This document shows, in pieces, positions 31,146 through 41,673 of a stretch of 64,000 bases of DNA. Source of the DNA: Deltaproteobacteria bacterium (GTDB lineage Bacteria > Desulfobacterota_D > UBA1144 > Nemesobacterales > CSP1-2); contig JBQTHB010000002.1 in NCBI GenBank assembly GCA_052390235.1, positions 64,001 to 128,000 on the forward strand. Reading direction: 5' to 3'. The notes beneath the pieces are model-generated. The model was not told where the DNA came from. It was given only the letters and a program-made list of their open reading frames with translations, and did not search any database. Position 1 is the stretch's first letter, and each line of letters begins with the position of its first letter. The translations under genes were made by a program, and so were the position numbers.

Positions 31146-33389
31146 ATGTCGAAGAGTCTTAATAATTATGAGCGCGATTTTAGGAAATCAATTGAGGAAT
31201 TACCCGACAAAAAGAGCGCTGGAAACCTCTTATCTGTTATCCCCAACCATGCCGATTGGGACGATTTCCTTACAACCGTAAAAGCTGATTGGCGGACTTG
31301 GCGGAGCAATTTAGGACTATACCCAAACTGTCTCGTGGTGATTTATGGCGGTTTAGCTTTTCACGAATATGATGAAAATACATTCTGGCCACAGTTTGCC
31401 AGAGCTATCGGAACTGAGCCGTTACCTAGCAGCCAACAAAGTGAAATTAATTCCGCTTTTTCAAACGCCGCTCAAAATCTGGGATTGAAGATACTTAAAC
31501 GAAAGAGTGATACTGACTATGTTGGGTCAGCTGTTTATCACATTGGTATTCCGCTCTCGTTGTGGGATGGCTTTCTCGAAATCTGCGAATGGGCACTATG
31601 GAAAGAAGACTGGAAAAAATTAACGGATGAACAATGGACTGAAGCTGTTGGGAAACGCGCCGGTGGGAGAGTTAGGCTAAAGAGGTTTCTCACCGACAAC
31701 CGAGAGGCTACTACAGAGTTCGTTCAAGCAATGATTGATGCGCGTGTAAAACTGAGCAATGACCAGAGTCTAAAAATTAGCGATATTGCCCAGGCCAGTT
31801 TACTTCGCCCCGAGTATCTTGAAGAAGTTCCTGAAACCGCCGAGTTCCTACGCCCTCAGAATCCCGATTCCCTCTTTCAAGACCGCGCTCGACTTGTTTG
31901 GAATGACCAGAAGAGTCGTATAAGCCTTTCTTTGCCTGGAGTGGCGCGAGATAAACTGCCAGCAACTTGGAGCATTGGAGAACGTACTCAAAAAGCCGCT
32001 TCTACCCCAGACGAAATGATTTTAAATTCGGCGGCTTTTGATGATCTGCTATCACTAAAACTTGAATCCGGCGGTAAAAGTGAAACACAGCGACTGCGGG
32101 GCATAAAGCCGTGGGGGCTTTTTGACTTAGAGAGGGATGGATGTGTTGTTAATCCAAAGCGCGAGCACCTGCCGCTTAGTAGATATGTTCTTATCTCACC
32201 TGAGAAATTCGATAATATCTCACGCAGAGGATTTGATGAAGAAGGGTACCAGACCAATGAGCCCTATGAGCTTGGGGACGGTACAAATTGTTTCGTGACA
32301 CGCTTGTACCCTACCGGCAAACACGCCTCGCTTTCTCTGACACATGGAAGTGAGACTCTGAAATTGGACTTCCGCCCAAGCGCTAAAATTGAAGCGCGGT
32401 TCTTCATTGGCGAAGGGGTAAACGCGGCAAAATTCGCTCGCGCCGAAGGCTCAGTTAAAACTGAGAGGTTGCCCCTCTTGTGTGTCGCAGTGCCAAACGG
32501 CTACTTTGGAAATACACCAGCTATCGCTATCGTGAGAAAAAAGTTTCAAGTTTTTGTGGATGCAATGCCGGCTTGTGGAAATTGGGAAAAACGTCATAAC
32601 TGCGACGATCGAGAGTTCTATATTTGGCGCTGGGCGAAAACCCCGGTTATAGACGATAAGGGTCAGACGAGTCTTGTTCGGGGGCGGGGCATAAAGGGTC
32701 TTGGAGATATTCAGTTCCCTGATATTATTGGAAAAAGAACCATCTCAATCAAAGCCCCTGAACGAGGGATTAAGTTTGAGCATAAGGTTGAGATACTAAA
32801 ACCACAGCCCGATTTAGACAAGTGCTTCAACAATCTTCCTGGGGCTTTTCTTCTCTGGTTTCTTCTGGAACAGTCAAATGAAGGAATGAAATGGGAAGAC
32901 TTGCTGCTTGCAAAAGAAATTATCGCCCCCACTTCTCCTAAGATTTCATCTCCGCTTCTTAGTAAATACGCTAAGTGCGGTCTCATTCAAAAAAAAGGGC
33001 AACTCTGGCAAATTGCCGAGTCGCGAGCGTGTGTGTTAGAACGCATGGAATCTGGGGATTGGAATATGAAGTTTTGCGGTAAGCCCTCGGCGCTTTGGGG
33101 TTTAATTAAGGATCTTCATGAATTCAATCAACGGAGAAAACAAGAAATGCAGCGTCATAGAAAAATATACGTTGATCCAAAGCGAGTTCCAACTTTTAAT
33201 CCGCAAAATCTGGTTGTTGAAGTAGTAAATAACTATCCTGAGCCGCCCTATCTCTGTATAAAGTACAGAGAGAATCAAAAAGATCGCGTTATGGATTACC
33301 TGAAAAAGAACGATATACATATTGTTTCAAATCTGTGGGAGGGGTTAAATGGAATCGCTGACAGCTCGTTTTCACGAAGAGGTTTTTGA
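31146..33389 (+). CDS. Uncharacterised 747-aa protein, putative helicase partner
   Basis: Long intact ORF, overlaps helicase start by 41 nt; no motif I can assign with confidence. Confidence 0.85.
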   Translation: MSKSLNNYERDFRKSIEELPDKKSAGNLLSVIPNHADWDDFLTTVKADWRTWRSNLGLYPNCLVVIYGGLAFHEYDENTFWPQFARAIGTEPLPSSQQSEINSAFSNAAQNLGLKILKRKSDTDYVGSAVYHIGIPLSLWDGFLEICEWALWKEDWKKLTDEQWTEAVGKRAGGRVRLKRFLTDNREATTEFVQAMIDARVKLSNDQSLKISDIAQASLLRPEYLEEVPETAEFLRPQNPDSLFQDRARLVWNDQKSRISLSLPGVARDKLPATWSIGERTQKAASTPDEMILNSAAFDDLLSLKLESGGKSETQRLRGIKPWGLFDLERDGCVVNPKREHLPLSRYVLISPEKFDNISRRGFDEEGYQTNEPYELGDGTNCFVTRLYPTGKHASLSLTHGSETLKLDFRPSAKIEARFFIGEGVNAAKFARAEGSVKTERLPLLCVAVPNGYFGNTPAIAIVRKKFQVFVDAMPACGNWEKRHNCDDREFYIWRWAKTPVIDDKGQTSLVRGRGIKGLGDIQFPDIIGKRTISIKAPERGIKFEHKVEILKPQPDLDKCFNNLPGAFLLWFLLEQSNEGMKWEDLLLAKEIIAPTSPKISSPLLSKYAKCGLIQKKGQLWQIAESRACVLERMESGDWNMKFCGKPSALWGLIKDLHEFNQRRKQEMQRHRKIYVDPKRVPTFNPQNLVVEVVNNYPEPPYLCIKYRENQKDRVMDYLKKNDIHIVSNLWEGLNGIADSSFSRRGF

Positions 33390-36300
33390 GCCATATCTCG
33401 AGCTACTCAAGTCTGGATACCGTTTTCACCCGGTATTTAGTCATGCAAAACGGATTTGGAACGAGAAGCTCACAGCGTCTGAGTTGGTAAATGGCCCGTA
33501 CTTGGAAAAAGCACAGATTTATAAAATGGGAGATAGCCTCGATTCCCTTGCGCTTGACGATAAGACAATTGCAACAGTTCGTACAAAATTGAGTGGGCGA
33601 GAACTGTATAAGCACCAGACTGACGCTTTAAACCTGATTCTCAAAGGGAAAAATGCCGTAATAACGACAGGAACGAGTAGCGGCAAAACGCTCTGCTTCC
33701 AAATTCCGATACTCGATGATTTGATTCGAGACTCGTTACCGGGGCTACGCGCGGTCATCATCTATCCACTAAACGCTCTGGTGAATGATCAGCTTGAAGA
33801 TTGGGAGCGGTTGCTGAGCAATCACCCAGATATTACCTTTGCCCGCTTTACCGGACAAACCCCGGATTCACAAAAAGACTATGAAAGTCGCCTTAAAGAT
33901 GCCATACGTCAACAATTGGCTGAACAGTCGCTTACACAAAGTGAATTACAGCGAAAAGTTGACTCCGAATTGAAGTTAAGTTCGGAAAAAGATATTCCGA
34001 ATCGCCTCAATCACCGCGACGCTATTCGTGCCAATCCTCCGCATATATTAATAACGAATTTTTCAATGCTTGAGTACCTGTTGGAGCGTCCTATAGATGC
34101 GCCAATTTTTGAGAATGCCCGTCTCAAGTTCCTAGTGCTGGACGAGGCTCATGCCTACCGCGGAGTGCAGGCTACAGAAATCGCATTCCTCGTTCGACGG
34201 CTTAAAGACAGACTCGGACTAGAAAAATTGAACTGTATAGCGACCTCGGCGACATTGGGAAAAGAGGGAAATGAGGAAAGTCATAAGAAAGTACGCAAAT
34301 TTGCATCCGACCTTTTTGGTGAGGATTTTTCTGAACCAAATCCTATTTATGGAGAACCTGCAGAACCTCAACTGGAGCAACCTTCATCCCGACCGACTCC
34401 TTCTCAATACATAAAGGCGGCCGAATTTTTAAGTAGGGACCCCCAAGCGGATATAAGACAGCATCTGGGTATCAATATTCCTTCTAAGGACATTGCCTCC
34501 CTGTTAAGTCATGATGAAAACCTGTATCGCCTCCGCAAGGAAATTTTAACCAAACCTACTCTGCTAGGCGAGGCTGCCAAACAGCTCTGGAAAGACGATC
34601 CTCAAGCGGAAATTGGGTTGCAAGCCTTGCTTGAAATTGCCGTCGCCGCAATGGCTAATGAATCACATGGAGACCTTTTGCCCACTCGGTTGCATTATTT
34701 CATCAGGACGGAAGATGGACTGCATATTTGCCTGCATAAAAATTGCGCCGGACGCCGTGATGGAAAGCCAGCATTCTTTGTATCACGGAAGAACAATCCT
34801 GATGTTTATGAAGGACAATGCCCAGATTGTGATACAGCGGGTCTTGACTCTAAACTTGTTGAGATTGTTACTTGCCGCAAATGTGGTTACTTATTTGGAG
34901 CATTACAGGACTTAGGACCACGCCGCGCCCAACATCCTGAAAATGATGAGTTAAAGCCTCATTTTGATTCCTTTAGCACGGAACTGGGCTGGGCCGCGGA
35001 TTCTTTTTGGTCTTATTTTAGCGTTGAAGATGAGTTGCCTTATCCGTCTCAACCAAAAGCTGATGAGGATGAGGAAGACCAATACCTATTTCTTAAACCT
35101 GCCGAACTTGAATGGTGCGTAGTCTGTGGAAAAAAGCATGACCAAGGCGCAGGCGATAACTGCGATTGCGAGAAACGGCACACCCGTAAAATCAAAATTT
35201 TCCATCGGCAGTGTCCAGCTAAAAAATATGAAAATCTTTTTAGTCAGGAAAAGCGGTTGCTTACAAGCTGTCCAAACTGCGGCGCACGAAATGCCTCCGG
35301 TCTTGAACCCGTTAGGAGATTTCAAGAGTCCGATGATGAGACCGGCTTGGCTATGGCTATACCTCTTTCTCATTTCCAAGTTACTCCGCATAAAGGAGAT
35401 GGAAAACCACCGCGCAAGTTACTTTGTTTTACCGACCATCGCCAACGCGCAGCGGTATTCCCTTCACACTTAGAGGAAGAAACTTTTGCTCATGATATGG
35501 GACGAGAGATTGTTAATATCATTGAGGCAGAAAGAGAGCCTCTGGATTTAGTTAGTCTCGGCGAGCGGCTGGCTGACATTGCCGACCCACAATCTGACTC
35601 ACATAACCCAGATTTCTTTCTGCCTGTATCTCGTTTCCCCGATGAAGTCCCAGATGCGAAAAGAAAGCCTAATCTCTGGATTGCGGAGACGCTCAGTTAC
35701 TTTGGTATTCCCGATTCAGCGCGTGAATCTGCAGAGGATTTGGGCTTGGTAGCGGTTGAGTATAGTCTCAAAGATACTGAAAAATCTACTTTCCACTCTT
35801 TAATACCCCAACTCACACTTCAAGAATCCAATGCCGCCTTACAAGTTCTACTCGGATTTATGAGGCAGAAAAAGGCATTTACTCTCCCTAAGGGTGTATC
35901 CCACGACGATCCCGCGTTTGGACGAGTGGTTGCTGACATCTCCTATATATTAGGAGATAATGATACTGGCCCCCCAAAAACGCATCGCTGGCTACCTAAA
36001 GAATATAAAAATGGCAATTACAGCCAAAACCCTATTTTTGATTACCTGCAACGCCTGATTTCTCTGTCACCGCCTGAGACACTCAATCTCGCTAATAAAA
36101 TTTGGCGATTTCTAACCTCTCAATTTTTACTAATTGAGAACAGGGGTACTTGGAAACTAGACCACGAGCGGATTATGATTGTGAAGCCAGAATCGAGGTA
36201 TATCTGCAATCGTTGCGGCATAGTTACTGCTTATTCAGCCCGCCAATGCTGCCCTCGTAAAGAGTGCGAAGGAAAATTGGAGGCTTCGCCATTTAATTCA

Positions 36301-38214
36301 GCGCAGGAAAATATAATCGCCCGCTGGGTAGCAGACAAGTGCAACCCAAAGTTCACCACTTTAAAATCCGAAGAACATACCGCTCAAATTAATAGAGACT
36401 TGGCTAAAAGGATAGAGGACGACTTCCGCGCTGAAGGAGTGAATTTGCTTAGTAGCACTACCACTTTTGAAATGGGTATCAACATAGGCGACCTACAAAA
36501 AGTGCTACTCCGTAACGCGCCACCTACAAGCGCCAGTTATGTTCAGAGAGTTGGCCGTGCCGGTCGCGGAAAGGACAAAAATTCCGTCTGTGTCACTCTA
36601 TGCCGCCGAACGAAATACGACGCCGATGCATGGAATGATCCCCCGCGCCTAATGTCAGGCGAAGTTAGGACGCCAACCGTGTTTACGCAAAATAAATTCA
36701 TAGCGCAACGACATTTCAACGCCGTTGTTTGCGCAGAATTTTTAAGAATCAAAGTTCGTGATGAACGAGTCTTGGGCGGGGTAGAACAAAAAATTCGACT
36801 TGAGGCTTTTTTGCCCCTGGATTCAAGAAAAAATATTCCAGATAGCTGGTTTCACATGACACCAACCAATCTATTCTTAGACTTTGTGGAATGGCTTGAA
36901 GAGCAGAATGAGCCGGATATTTTTCAAACTGAAGCAGGACGTTCACTGCTTTTGCCAGTTTCTAGTTTCGACTTTGGCAAGAAGAGCACGAAAGAAACTT
37001 ATCAGAAGGTTATAGAGGAGATTGATGAAGAACTTTCTGCATTAGTGAACGAGATGGATAAATTGGCCAAGCTACGCCTTTATTCCCAAGCTTCTGACAT
37101 TGAAGTAGCAGTTAAGAATCTACTGAGTAGTGACGTCATAGCTGTTCTAGCCAAACGCGGTTTTCTGCCACGTTACGCATTTCCATTAGACATTGTAAAA
37201 TTGGAAACAGAGCCGAACCGCTGGTCGCGAGAATCAGAAGTTGATTTGAGCCGCGACAGAGGAATTGCGATAGCCGAATTCGCGCCGGGGGCTCAAGTAA
37301 TTGCCAGAAAAAAGGTGTTCACAAGCGCGGGACTCTACGTATCAAGCAAAGCCGATAAACCAGAGCGGCAATGGTATTCAAGGTGTAATGGCTGTGAGCA
37401 AATCCGCACTTCACCTACACAAGACCCACTGAAGAGAGATTGTTCCGGGTGCCAGAAACCAATTACAGATCAATGGATTCATCCTTTTGTTGAACCTTCC
37501 GCTTTTAGTGTCCGTATCGATAAAGGAAAAAAAGGTTCGGCAAGACACAGAAGAAGCACGCTTATTAGACAACGGCAATCAATAGCCCATTTTATTGACT
37601 CAATTGAGGAAGACAAATTCAAAGACTACGGGCTATTTCATGTAGCGTTGAAAGAAGAAGGAACGCTCTTTCGGTATAACCTGGGTCCGGGAAATGATGG
37701 ATTTATACTCTGTTCGGTATGTGGGGCGAGTGAACCGAAACGGCTTTATAAGTCTAGTAAAAAACATAAAAGGCTTAGACTTTATATGGGATCGATGGAC
37801 TGTACAAACGAACAACCTTGGACAAAGCCGTTAGCCTATGGCCACCGGTTTCAGAGTTTTACTCTTATTGCGCGTCCAGTTAATTCTTCTCCATCTGTTG
37901 AATCTCTGGCTTTCGCGCTGCAAAGGGGTTTATGTCTCGCTCTTGATATAGACCAATCCGATATTGGCGTCTCTTGGCGATGGCGGGGCAGCAAAACCAA
38001 TAAGCCGGACGCTGAAATAATCCTATATGACCGCGCTCCGGGTGGGTCCGGCTTTGTTAAAGAAGGCTCTGAAAATTGGGAGAAGGTCGTAGAAGAGGCT
38101 AAGAGGGTTTGCGAGGACTGCAACTGCCAAGATTCCTGCTACAATTGCTTAAAAAGCTATGAGAATCAGTCTTATCATGAAAATCTTAGCCGTCATAAGG
38201 TTTTTTTAATTTAA
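33349..38214 (+). CDS. Large SF2 DEAH helicase with C-terminal DUF1998-like Zn domain (DruE/YprA-related)
   Basis: LYKHQ Q-motif, TGTSSGKT, YPLNALVNDQ, LDEAH, TSATLG, TTTFEMGINIG, QRVGRAGR, LYDRAPGGSG, C-x-C-x3-C-x2-C (CNCQDSCYNCL); GGGAGG SD. Confidence 0.92.
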   Translation: MESLTARFHEEVFEPYLELLKSGYRFHPVFSHAKRIWNEKLTASELVNGPYLEKAQIYKMGDSLDSLALDDKTIATVRTKLSGRELYKHQTDALNLILKGKNAVITTGTSSGKTLCFQIPILDDLIRDSLPGLRAVIIYPLNALVNDQLEDWERLLSNHPDITFARFTGQTPDSQKDYESRLKDAIRQQLAEQSLTQSELQRKVDSELKLSSEKDIPNRLNHRDAIRANPPHILITNFSMLEYLLERPIDAPIFENARLKFLVLDEAHAYRGVQATEIAFLVRRLKDRLGLEKLNCIATSATLGKEGNEESHKKVRKFASDLFGEDFSEPNPIYGEPAEPQLEQPSSRPTPSQYIKAAEFLSRDPQADIRQHLGINIPSKDIASLLSHDENLYRLRKEILTKPTLLGEAAKQLWKDDPQAEIGLQALLEIAVAAMANESHGDLLPTRLHYFIRTEDGLHICLHKNCAGRRDGKPAFFVSRKNNPDVYEGQCPDCDTAGLDSKLVEIVTCRKCGYLFGALQDLGPRRAQHPENDELKPHFDSFSTELGWAADSFWSYFSVEDELPYPSQPKADEDEEDQYLFLKPAELEWCVVCGKKHDQGAGDNCDCEKRHTRKIKIFHRQCPAKKYENLFSQEKRLLTSCPNCGARNASGLEPVRRFQESDDETGLAMAIPLSHFQVTPHKGDGKPPRKLLCFTDHRQRAAVFPSHLEEETFAHDMGREIVNIIEAEREPLDLVSLGERLADIADPQSDSHNPDFFLPVSRFPDEVPDAKRKPNLWIAETLSYFGIPDSARESAEDLGLVAVEYSLKDTEKSTFHSLIPQLTLQESNAALQVLLGFMRQKKAFTLPKGVSHDDPAFGRVVADISYILGDNDTGPPKTHRWLPKEYKNGNYSQNPIFDYLQRLISLSPPETLNLANKIWRFLTSQFLLIENRGTWKLDHERIMIVKPESRYICNRCGIVTAYSARQCCPRKECEGKLEASPFNSAQENIIARWVADKCNPKFTTLKSEEHTAQINRDLAKRIEDDFRAEGVNLLSSTTTFEMGINIGDLQKVLLRNAPPTSASYVQRVGRAGRGKDKNSVCVTLCRRTKYDADAWNDPPRLMSGEVRTPTVFTQNKFIAQRHFNAVVCAEFLRIKVRDERVLGGVEQKIRLEAFLPLDSRKNIPDSWFHMTPTNLFLDFVEWLEEQNEPDIFQTEAGRSLLLPVSSFDFGKKSTKETYQKVIEEIDEELSALVNEMDKLAKLRLYSQASDIEVAVKNLLSSDVIAVLAKRGFLPRYAFPLDIVKLETEPNRWSRESEVDLSRDRGIAIAEFAPGAQVIARKKVFTSAGLYVSSKADKPERQWYSRCNGCEQIRTSPTQDPLKRDCSGCQKPITDQWIHPFVEPSAFSVRIDKGKKGSARHRRSTLIRQRQSIAHFIDSIEEDKFKDYGLFHVALKEEGTLFRYNLGPGNDGFILCSVCGASEPKRLYKSSKKHKRLRLYMGSMDCTNEQPWTKPLAYGHRFQSFTLIARPVNSSPSVESLAFALQRGLCLALDIDQSDIGVSWRWRGSKTNKPDAEIILYDRAPGGSGFVKEGSENWEKVVEEAKRVCEDCNCQDSCYNCLKSYENQSYHENLSRHKVFLI

Positions 38215-38241
38215 AAAATTTTTTATCTGAAACTGGGAATT

Positions 38242-38318
38242 TGGTGGAGATGATGGGAATCGAACCCACGACCTCCGCGTTGCGAACGCGGCGCTCTCCC
38301 GGACTGAGCTACATCCCC
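38242..38318 (-). tRNA. tRNA-Ala(CGC)
   Basis: GGGGATGTAGCTCAGTCCGGGAGAGCG-CCGCG-TTCGCAA-CGCGG-AGGTCGTGGGTTCGATTCCCATCATCTCCACCA; G3:U70 pair, encoded CCA. Confidence 0.96.
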
Positions 38319-38395
38319 TTGGTAATCTGGCGACTTCAGGTCGTCAGCCACAAATTTTATAACATAAACTGAAGCGGGCTTCAAGTTTCATCCGG

Positions 38396-39871
38396 CTAAT
38401 TTGGTTTTGAAGCCTTCACCGCCCTATTTGCCGCCCAGCGCTCAAGCCGCCCAATCTCCTCTCTCATCGTGGTCGAAAGCGGCACGGTTGACGACGCGGC
38501 AATGATGAGTTCCCTGTCGTCGAGGTCCTTGCCCTTGGCAAAGCACTCAAAAAGAGCCGAGACCACTGCCTGCTCAATTTCCGCCCCGCTCATCCCCTCG
38601 GTGTTTTTGGCAAGCGAGTCCAGGTCAAATAGGTCGGGATTTTTCCCCCGGCTCGCAAGGTGGATACGCAATACCTCTTTTCTCTCCCTGCGCGATGGGA
38701 GGGAGACGAAAAAAATCTCGTCGAATCTGCCTTTTCTCAGCACTTCGGGCGGCAATAGGTCAATCTGATTAGCCGTAGCCGTGATGAAGACGAGTTTATC
38801 CTTCTCCTGCATCCACGTGAGGAAATATCCGAACACCCGCGAGGCTGGCGTGTCGGCGGTTTTCTCTCCGCTCCTCGCGATTCCGGCTTCAATTTCGTCA
38901 ATCCAAAGAACGCACGGCGAGACGGCTTCAACCGTCTTTATCGCTTTAGAGAACGCCTCCTCCGGGCTTCCAGATGTGCCGCTATAGACCTGATTCAAAT
39001 CGAGCCTAAGGAGCGGAAGCCCCCACGCAGTCGCCACGGCTTTGGCGCATAGGCTCTTGCCGCACCCGCTTATTCCCATCAGCAGAATCCCCTTGGGGCG
39101 GTCAAGCCCGAATTCCCTAGCCCTGGGGGAGAACGCAAGCGCCCGAACCGCGAGCCACTCTTTAATGTTCTCAAGCCCTCCGATGCCCTCCAGATGCACG
39201 CGCTCCCTCACGAATTCGAGCATACCGGATTTTCTGATAATCTGCGCCTTCTCCTCCAGGAGCGCGTCAATTACCCCGCTGTCAATTGCCGTTCTGCCGA
39301 GGAACGCCCTCCTTACGGCAAGCTCCATCTCTGACGCCCCAAGCCCGATAAGCGCGCGGATGGATTTATCCCTCATCTCAGGTGTTATCCCCGCCCGCAG
39401 GGACTCGCTGAGGAATCTGGCCGCTCCATCGAAAATCTCCGCCGTCTCGGCTTCGTCGGGCAGACCTATGTCAACGACGACGACCTCTTTTTCGAGTTCA
39501 TCCGGGACGGAGAGACGCGCAGAGAGGATAAAAATAGTTTTATTTGCGGCGGATTTTGCGCTGTAGATGTCCTTGAGCTTTCTTATCACTCTGGGGTCGC
39601 CTAGGAAGTGGCTCAGGTCTTGGAAGATGTAAAACCCCCGTTTATCAGAGCTGAGAATTACATCGAGGGCGAGGGCCGCCTCGCGGGAGTCTCTAACCTC
39701 GCCGCCCCTACCCGTAAGCCCCCGCGTGCAAGACCATCGGTAAAATTCCCCTTCTGCGCCGAAAATACCCTCGAGCAATCCCGCCACCCGCTCCTCTTCC
39801 TTTGATACGAGCCAGAGTATCGGGTATCCCGCCTTGAGGAGATTGTCTATTGTATCGCTTGGAAATGGCAT
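38396..39871 (-). CDS. AAA+ ATPase, Ycf46-like
   Basis: EEERV N-terminus, IGGLENIKEW, GISGCGKSL, VLWIDEIE, FLTWMQE, LPPEVLRKGRFDEIF. Confidence 0.88.
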   Translation of the reverse strand: MPFPSDTIDNLLKAGYPILWLVSKEEERVAGLLEGIFGAEGEFYRWSCTRGLTGRGGEVRDSREAALALDVILSSDKRGFYIFQDLSHFLGDPRVIRKLKDIYSAKSAANKTIFILSARLSVPDELEKEVVVVDIGLPDEAETAEIFDGAARFLSESLRAGITPEMRDKSIRALIGLGASEMELAVRRAFLGRTAIDSGVIDALLEEKAQIIRKSGMLEFVRERVHLEGIGGLENIKEWLAVRALAFSPRAREFGLDRPKGILLMGISGCGKSLCAKAVATAWGLPLLRLDLNQVYSGTSGSPEEAFSKAIKTVEAVSPCVLWIDEIEAGIARSGEKTADTPASRVFGYFLTWMQEKDKLVFITATANQIDLLPPEVLRKGRFDEIFFVSLPSRRERKEVLRIHLASRGKNPDLFDLDSLAKNTEGMSGAEIEQAVVSALFECFAKGKDLDDRELIIAASSTVPLSTTMREEIGRLERWAANRAVKASKPN

Positions 39872-39944
39872 CTGGCTAAGCTCTCGTGGAGCGGGGCAGA
39901 GAATCCGAGGAGATTATCCCACTCTAATTGGGCGGCGCTTCGGG

Positions 39945-41489
39945 CTATATGCCTGTCGAGGAAGCCTGCCTCGGATGCTCTTTTCTCCATCTGAGCTTAT
40001 TTATCGCGTTGATAAACGCCTTGGCGCTTGCGACGACGACATCCGTATTTGCTCCCTGTCCCTGGGCGACTGCCCCGTCCTGCTCGACTCTGACCGTAAC
40101 CTCGCCCTGAGCGTCTGTGCCGCCCGTAATTGCGGCGACGACGTAGCTCTGGAGGTTTGGACTCACGCCCGTCGCCTTGGATATTGCCTTGTAGGCGGCG
40201 TCAACGGGCCCATCTCCGTATTCGGACACGGTTGTCTCCTCCCCGTCAATCGAGAGTTTTACCGTTGCCACGGGGCGCATCTCTGTGCCGCTTGCGAAAT
40301 TAAGCGAAATCAGCTTGAAAAAATCCGCCGAGCGGACGAATTCATCGCTGATGAGGGCTTCGATGTCCTCATCAAAGACGTATTTTTTCTTATCGGCTAG
40401 GTCTTTAAACCTCTGAAAAGCAAGCTCAAAGTTCTTATCCCCTAGAAAATAGCCGAACTCCTCTAATCTCTTCCTGAAGGCGTGTCTGCCGGAGTGTTTG
40501 CCCAAGATAATTTTATTGGACGGGATGCCGACCTCTTCCGGGGTCATGATTTCGTAGGTGATTCGCTCCTTGAGGACTCCATCTTGATGGATGCCCGCTT
40601 CATGGGCGAAGGCGTTTGCCCCGACCACGGCTTTATTGGGTTGAACGCCGACTCCGGTAACATGGGATACGAGCCTGCTTGTGGGGTAAATCTGCTCAGT
40701 GGTGATTTTGGTGCGGAAGGGGTTGAGGTCGTTTCGCACTTTCAGCGCCATGACGATTTCCTCAAGGGATGCGTTCCCTGCGCGCTCGCCGAGCCCGTTT
40801 ATGGTGCATTCGACCTGCCTTGCGCCCTCTCTTATTGCGGCTATGGAGTTGGCAACCGCAAGCCCAAGGTCGTTGTGGCAGTGTACGCTGAGCGTGATTT
40901 TATCTAGCCCTACGACCCTTTCGCGCAGCGTCCTGATGATGCGGGAGAACTCCTCCGGCACGGTGTAGCCCACTGTGTCCGGGATGTTTATCGTCGTAGC
41001 CCCGGCTCTTACCGCCACATCCACGGCGCGGCACAGGTAGTCAAGCTCGGTTCGCGTGGCGTCCTCGCAGGAGAACTCGACATTTTCCGTGTATTGGCGG
41101 GCGTGCTTTACGGCGGCGCTTATGATTTCAATGACCTCGTCTCTGGTTTTTTTGAGCTTGTGCTTCAGATGAATTTCAGATGTGGCTATGAAGGTATGAA
41201 TTCTGGGGCTTTCCGCTCCTTTTACCGCCTCCCAGCCGCGGTCAATGTCCATCAAATTAGCCCTGCAAAGCCCGGCTATCTGGCATCCTCGTATCTTCTC
41301 AGAGATGATTTTAACCGACTGAAAATCCCCCTCGGATGAAATAGGGAATCCGGCTTCGATGATGTCCACTCCCAATTTCTCAAGCTGATAGGCGACTCTG
41401 AGCTTCTCCTCGGCGGTCATCCCGCATCCGGGAGCCTGCTCGCCGTCTCTGAGAGTGGTATCGAATATTTTAACCATGTTACTGCTCAT
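39945..41489 (-). CDS. leuA: 2-isopropylmalate synthase
   Basis: [42 protein letters not shown], regulatory [10 protein letters not shown] 41489 after GGAGGG. Confidence 0.96.
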   Translation of the reverse strand: MSSNMVKIFDTTLRDGEQAPGCGMTAEEKLRVAYQLEKLGVDIIEAGFPISSEGDFQSVKIISEKIRGCQIAGLCRANLMDIDRGWEAVKGAESPRIHTFIATSEIHLKHKLKKTRDEVIEIISAAVKHARQYTENVEFSCEDATRTELDYLCRAVDVAVRAGATTINIPDTVGYTVPEEFSRIIRTLRERVVGLDKITLSVHCHNDLGLAVANSIAAIREGARQVECTINGLGERAGNASLEEIVMALKVRNDLNPFRTKITTEQIYPTSRLVSHVTGVGVQPNKAVVGANAFAHEAGIHQDGVLKERITYEIMTPEEVGIPSNKIILGKHSGRHAFRKRLEEFGYFLGDKNFELAFQRFKDLADKKKYVFDEDIEALISDEFVRSADFFKLISLNFASGTEMRPVATVKLSIDGEETTVSEYGDGPVDAAYKAISKATGVSPNLQSYVVAAITGGTDAQGEVTVRVEQDGAVAQGQGANTDVVVASAKAFINAINKLRWRKEHPRQASSTGI

Positions 41490-41673
41490 AAAATCCCTCC
41501 GCAAATATGAAAACGCCCAGTTTTATTCTAAGCCTTGGGGGGTTGTTTGTCAATTGATTGCAGGGGCTGGCAACCTCTTTATTAATTCATCGAGCTGAGT
41601 ATAATCAATGGCTCGATTGATGGAGGTTTTCAGGGAAACCCCAAGTGAAAGCGCCCAAAGGAGCAATTCCAAT

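Larger units (their letters stand above)
31070..38241. mobile_element. AT-richer accessory islet at the tRNA-Ala 3' end (no integrase seen)
   Basis: Visible drop in GC and shift to A/T-ending codons versus flanks; right end abuts tRNA CCA; left boundary approximate. Confidence 0.55.

Noticed and set aside
33349..38214. DISARM or housekeeping MrfA assignment
   Set aside because: No drmA/C/D, methylase or mrfB neighbours; protein is about twice MrfA length
38327..38347. Hairpin CTGGCGAC-TTCAG-GTCGTCAG as IS200/IS605 end
   Set aside because: Single copy, no transposase; may just be structure in the tRNA leader
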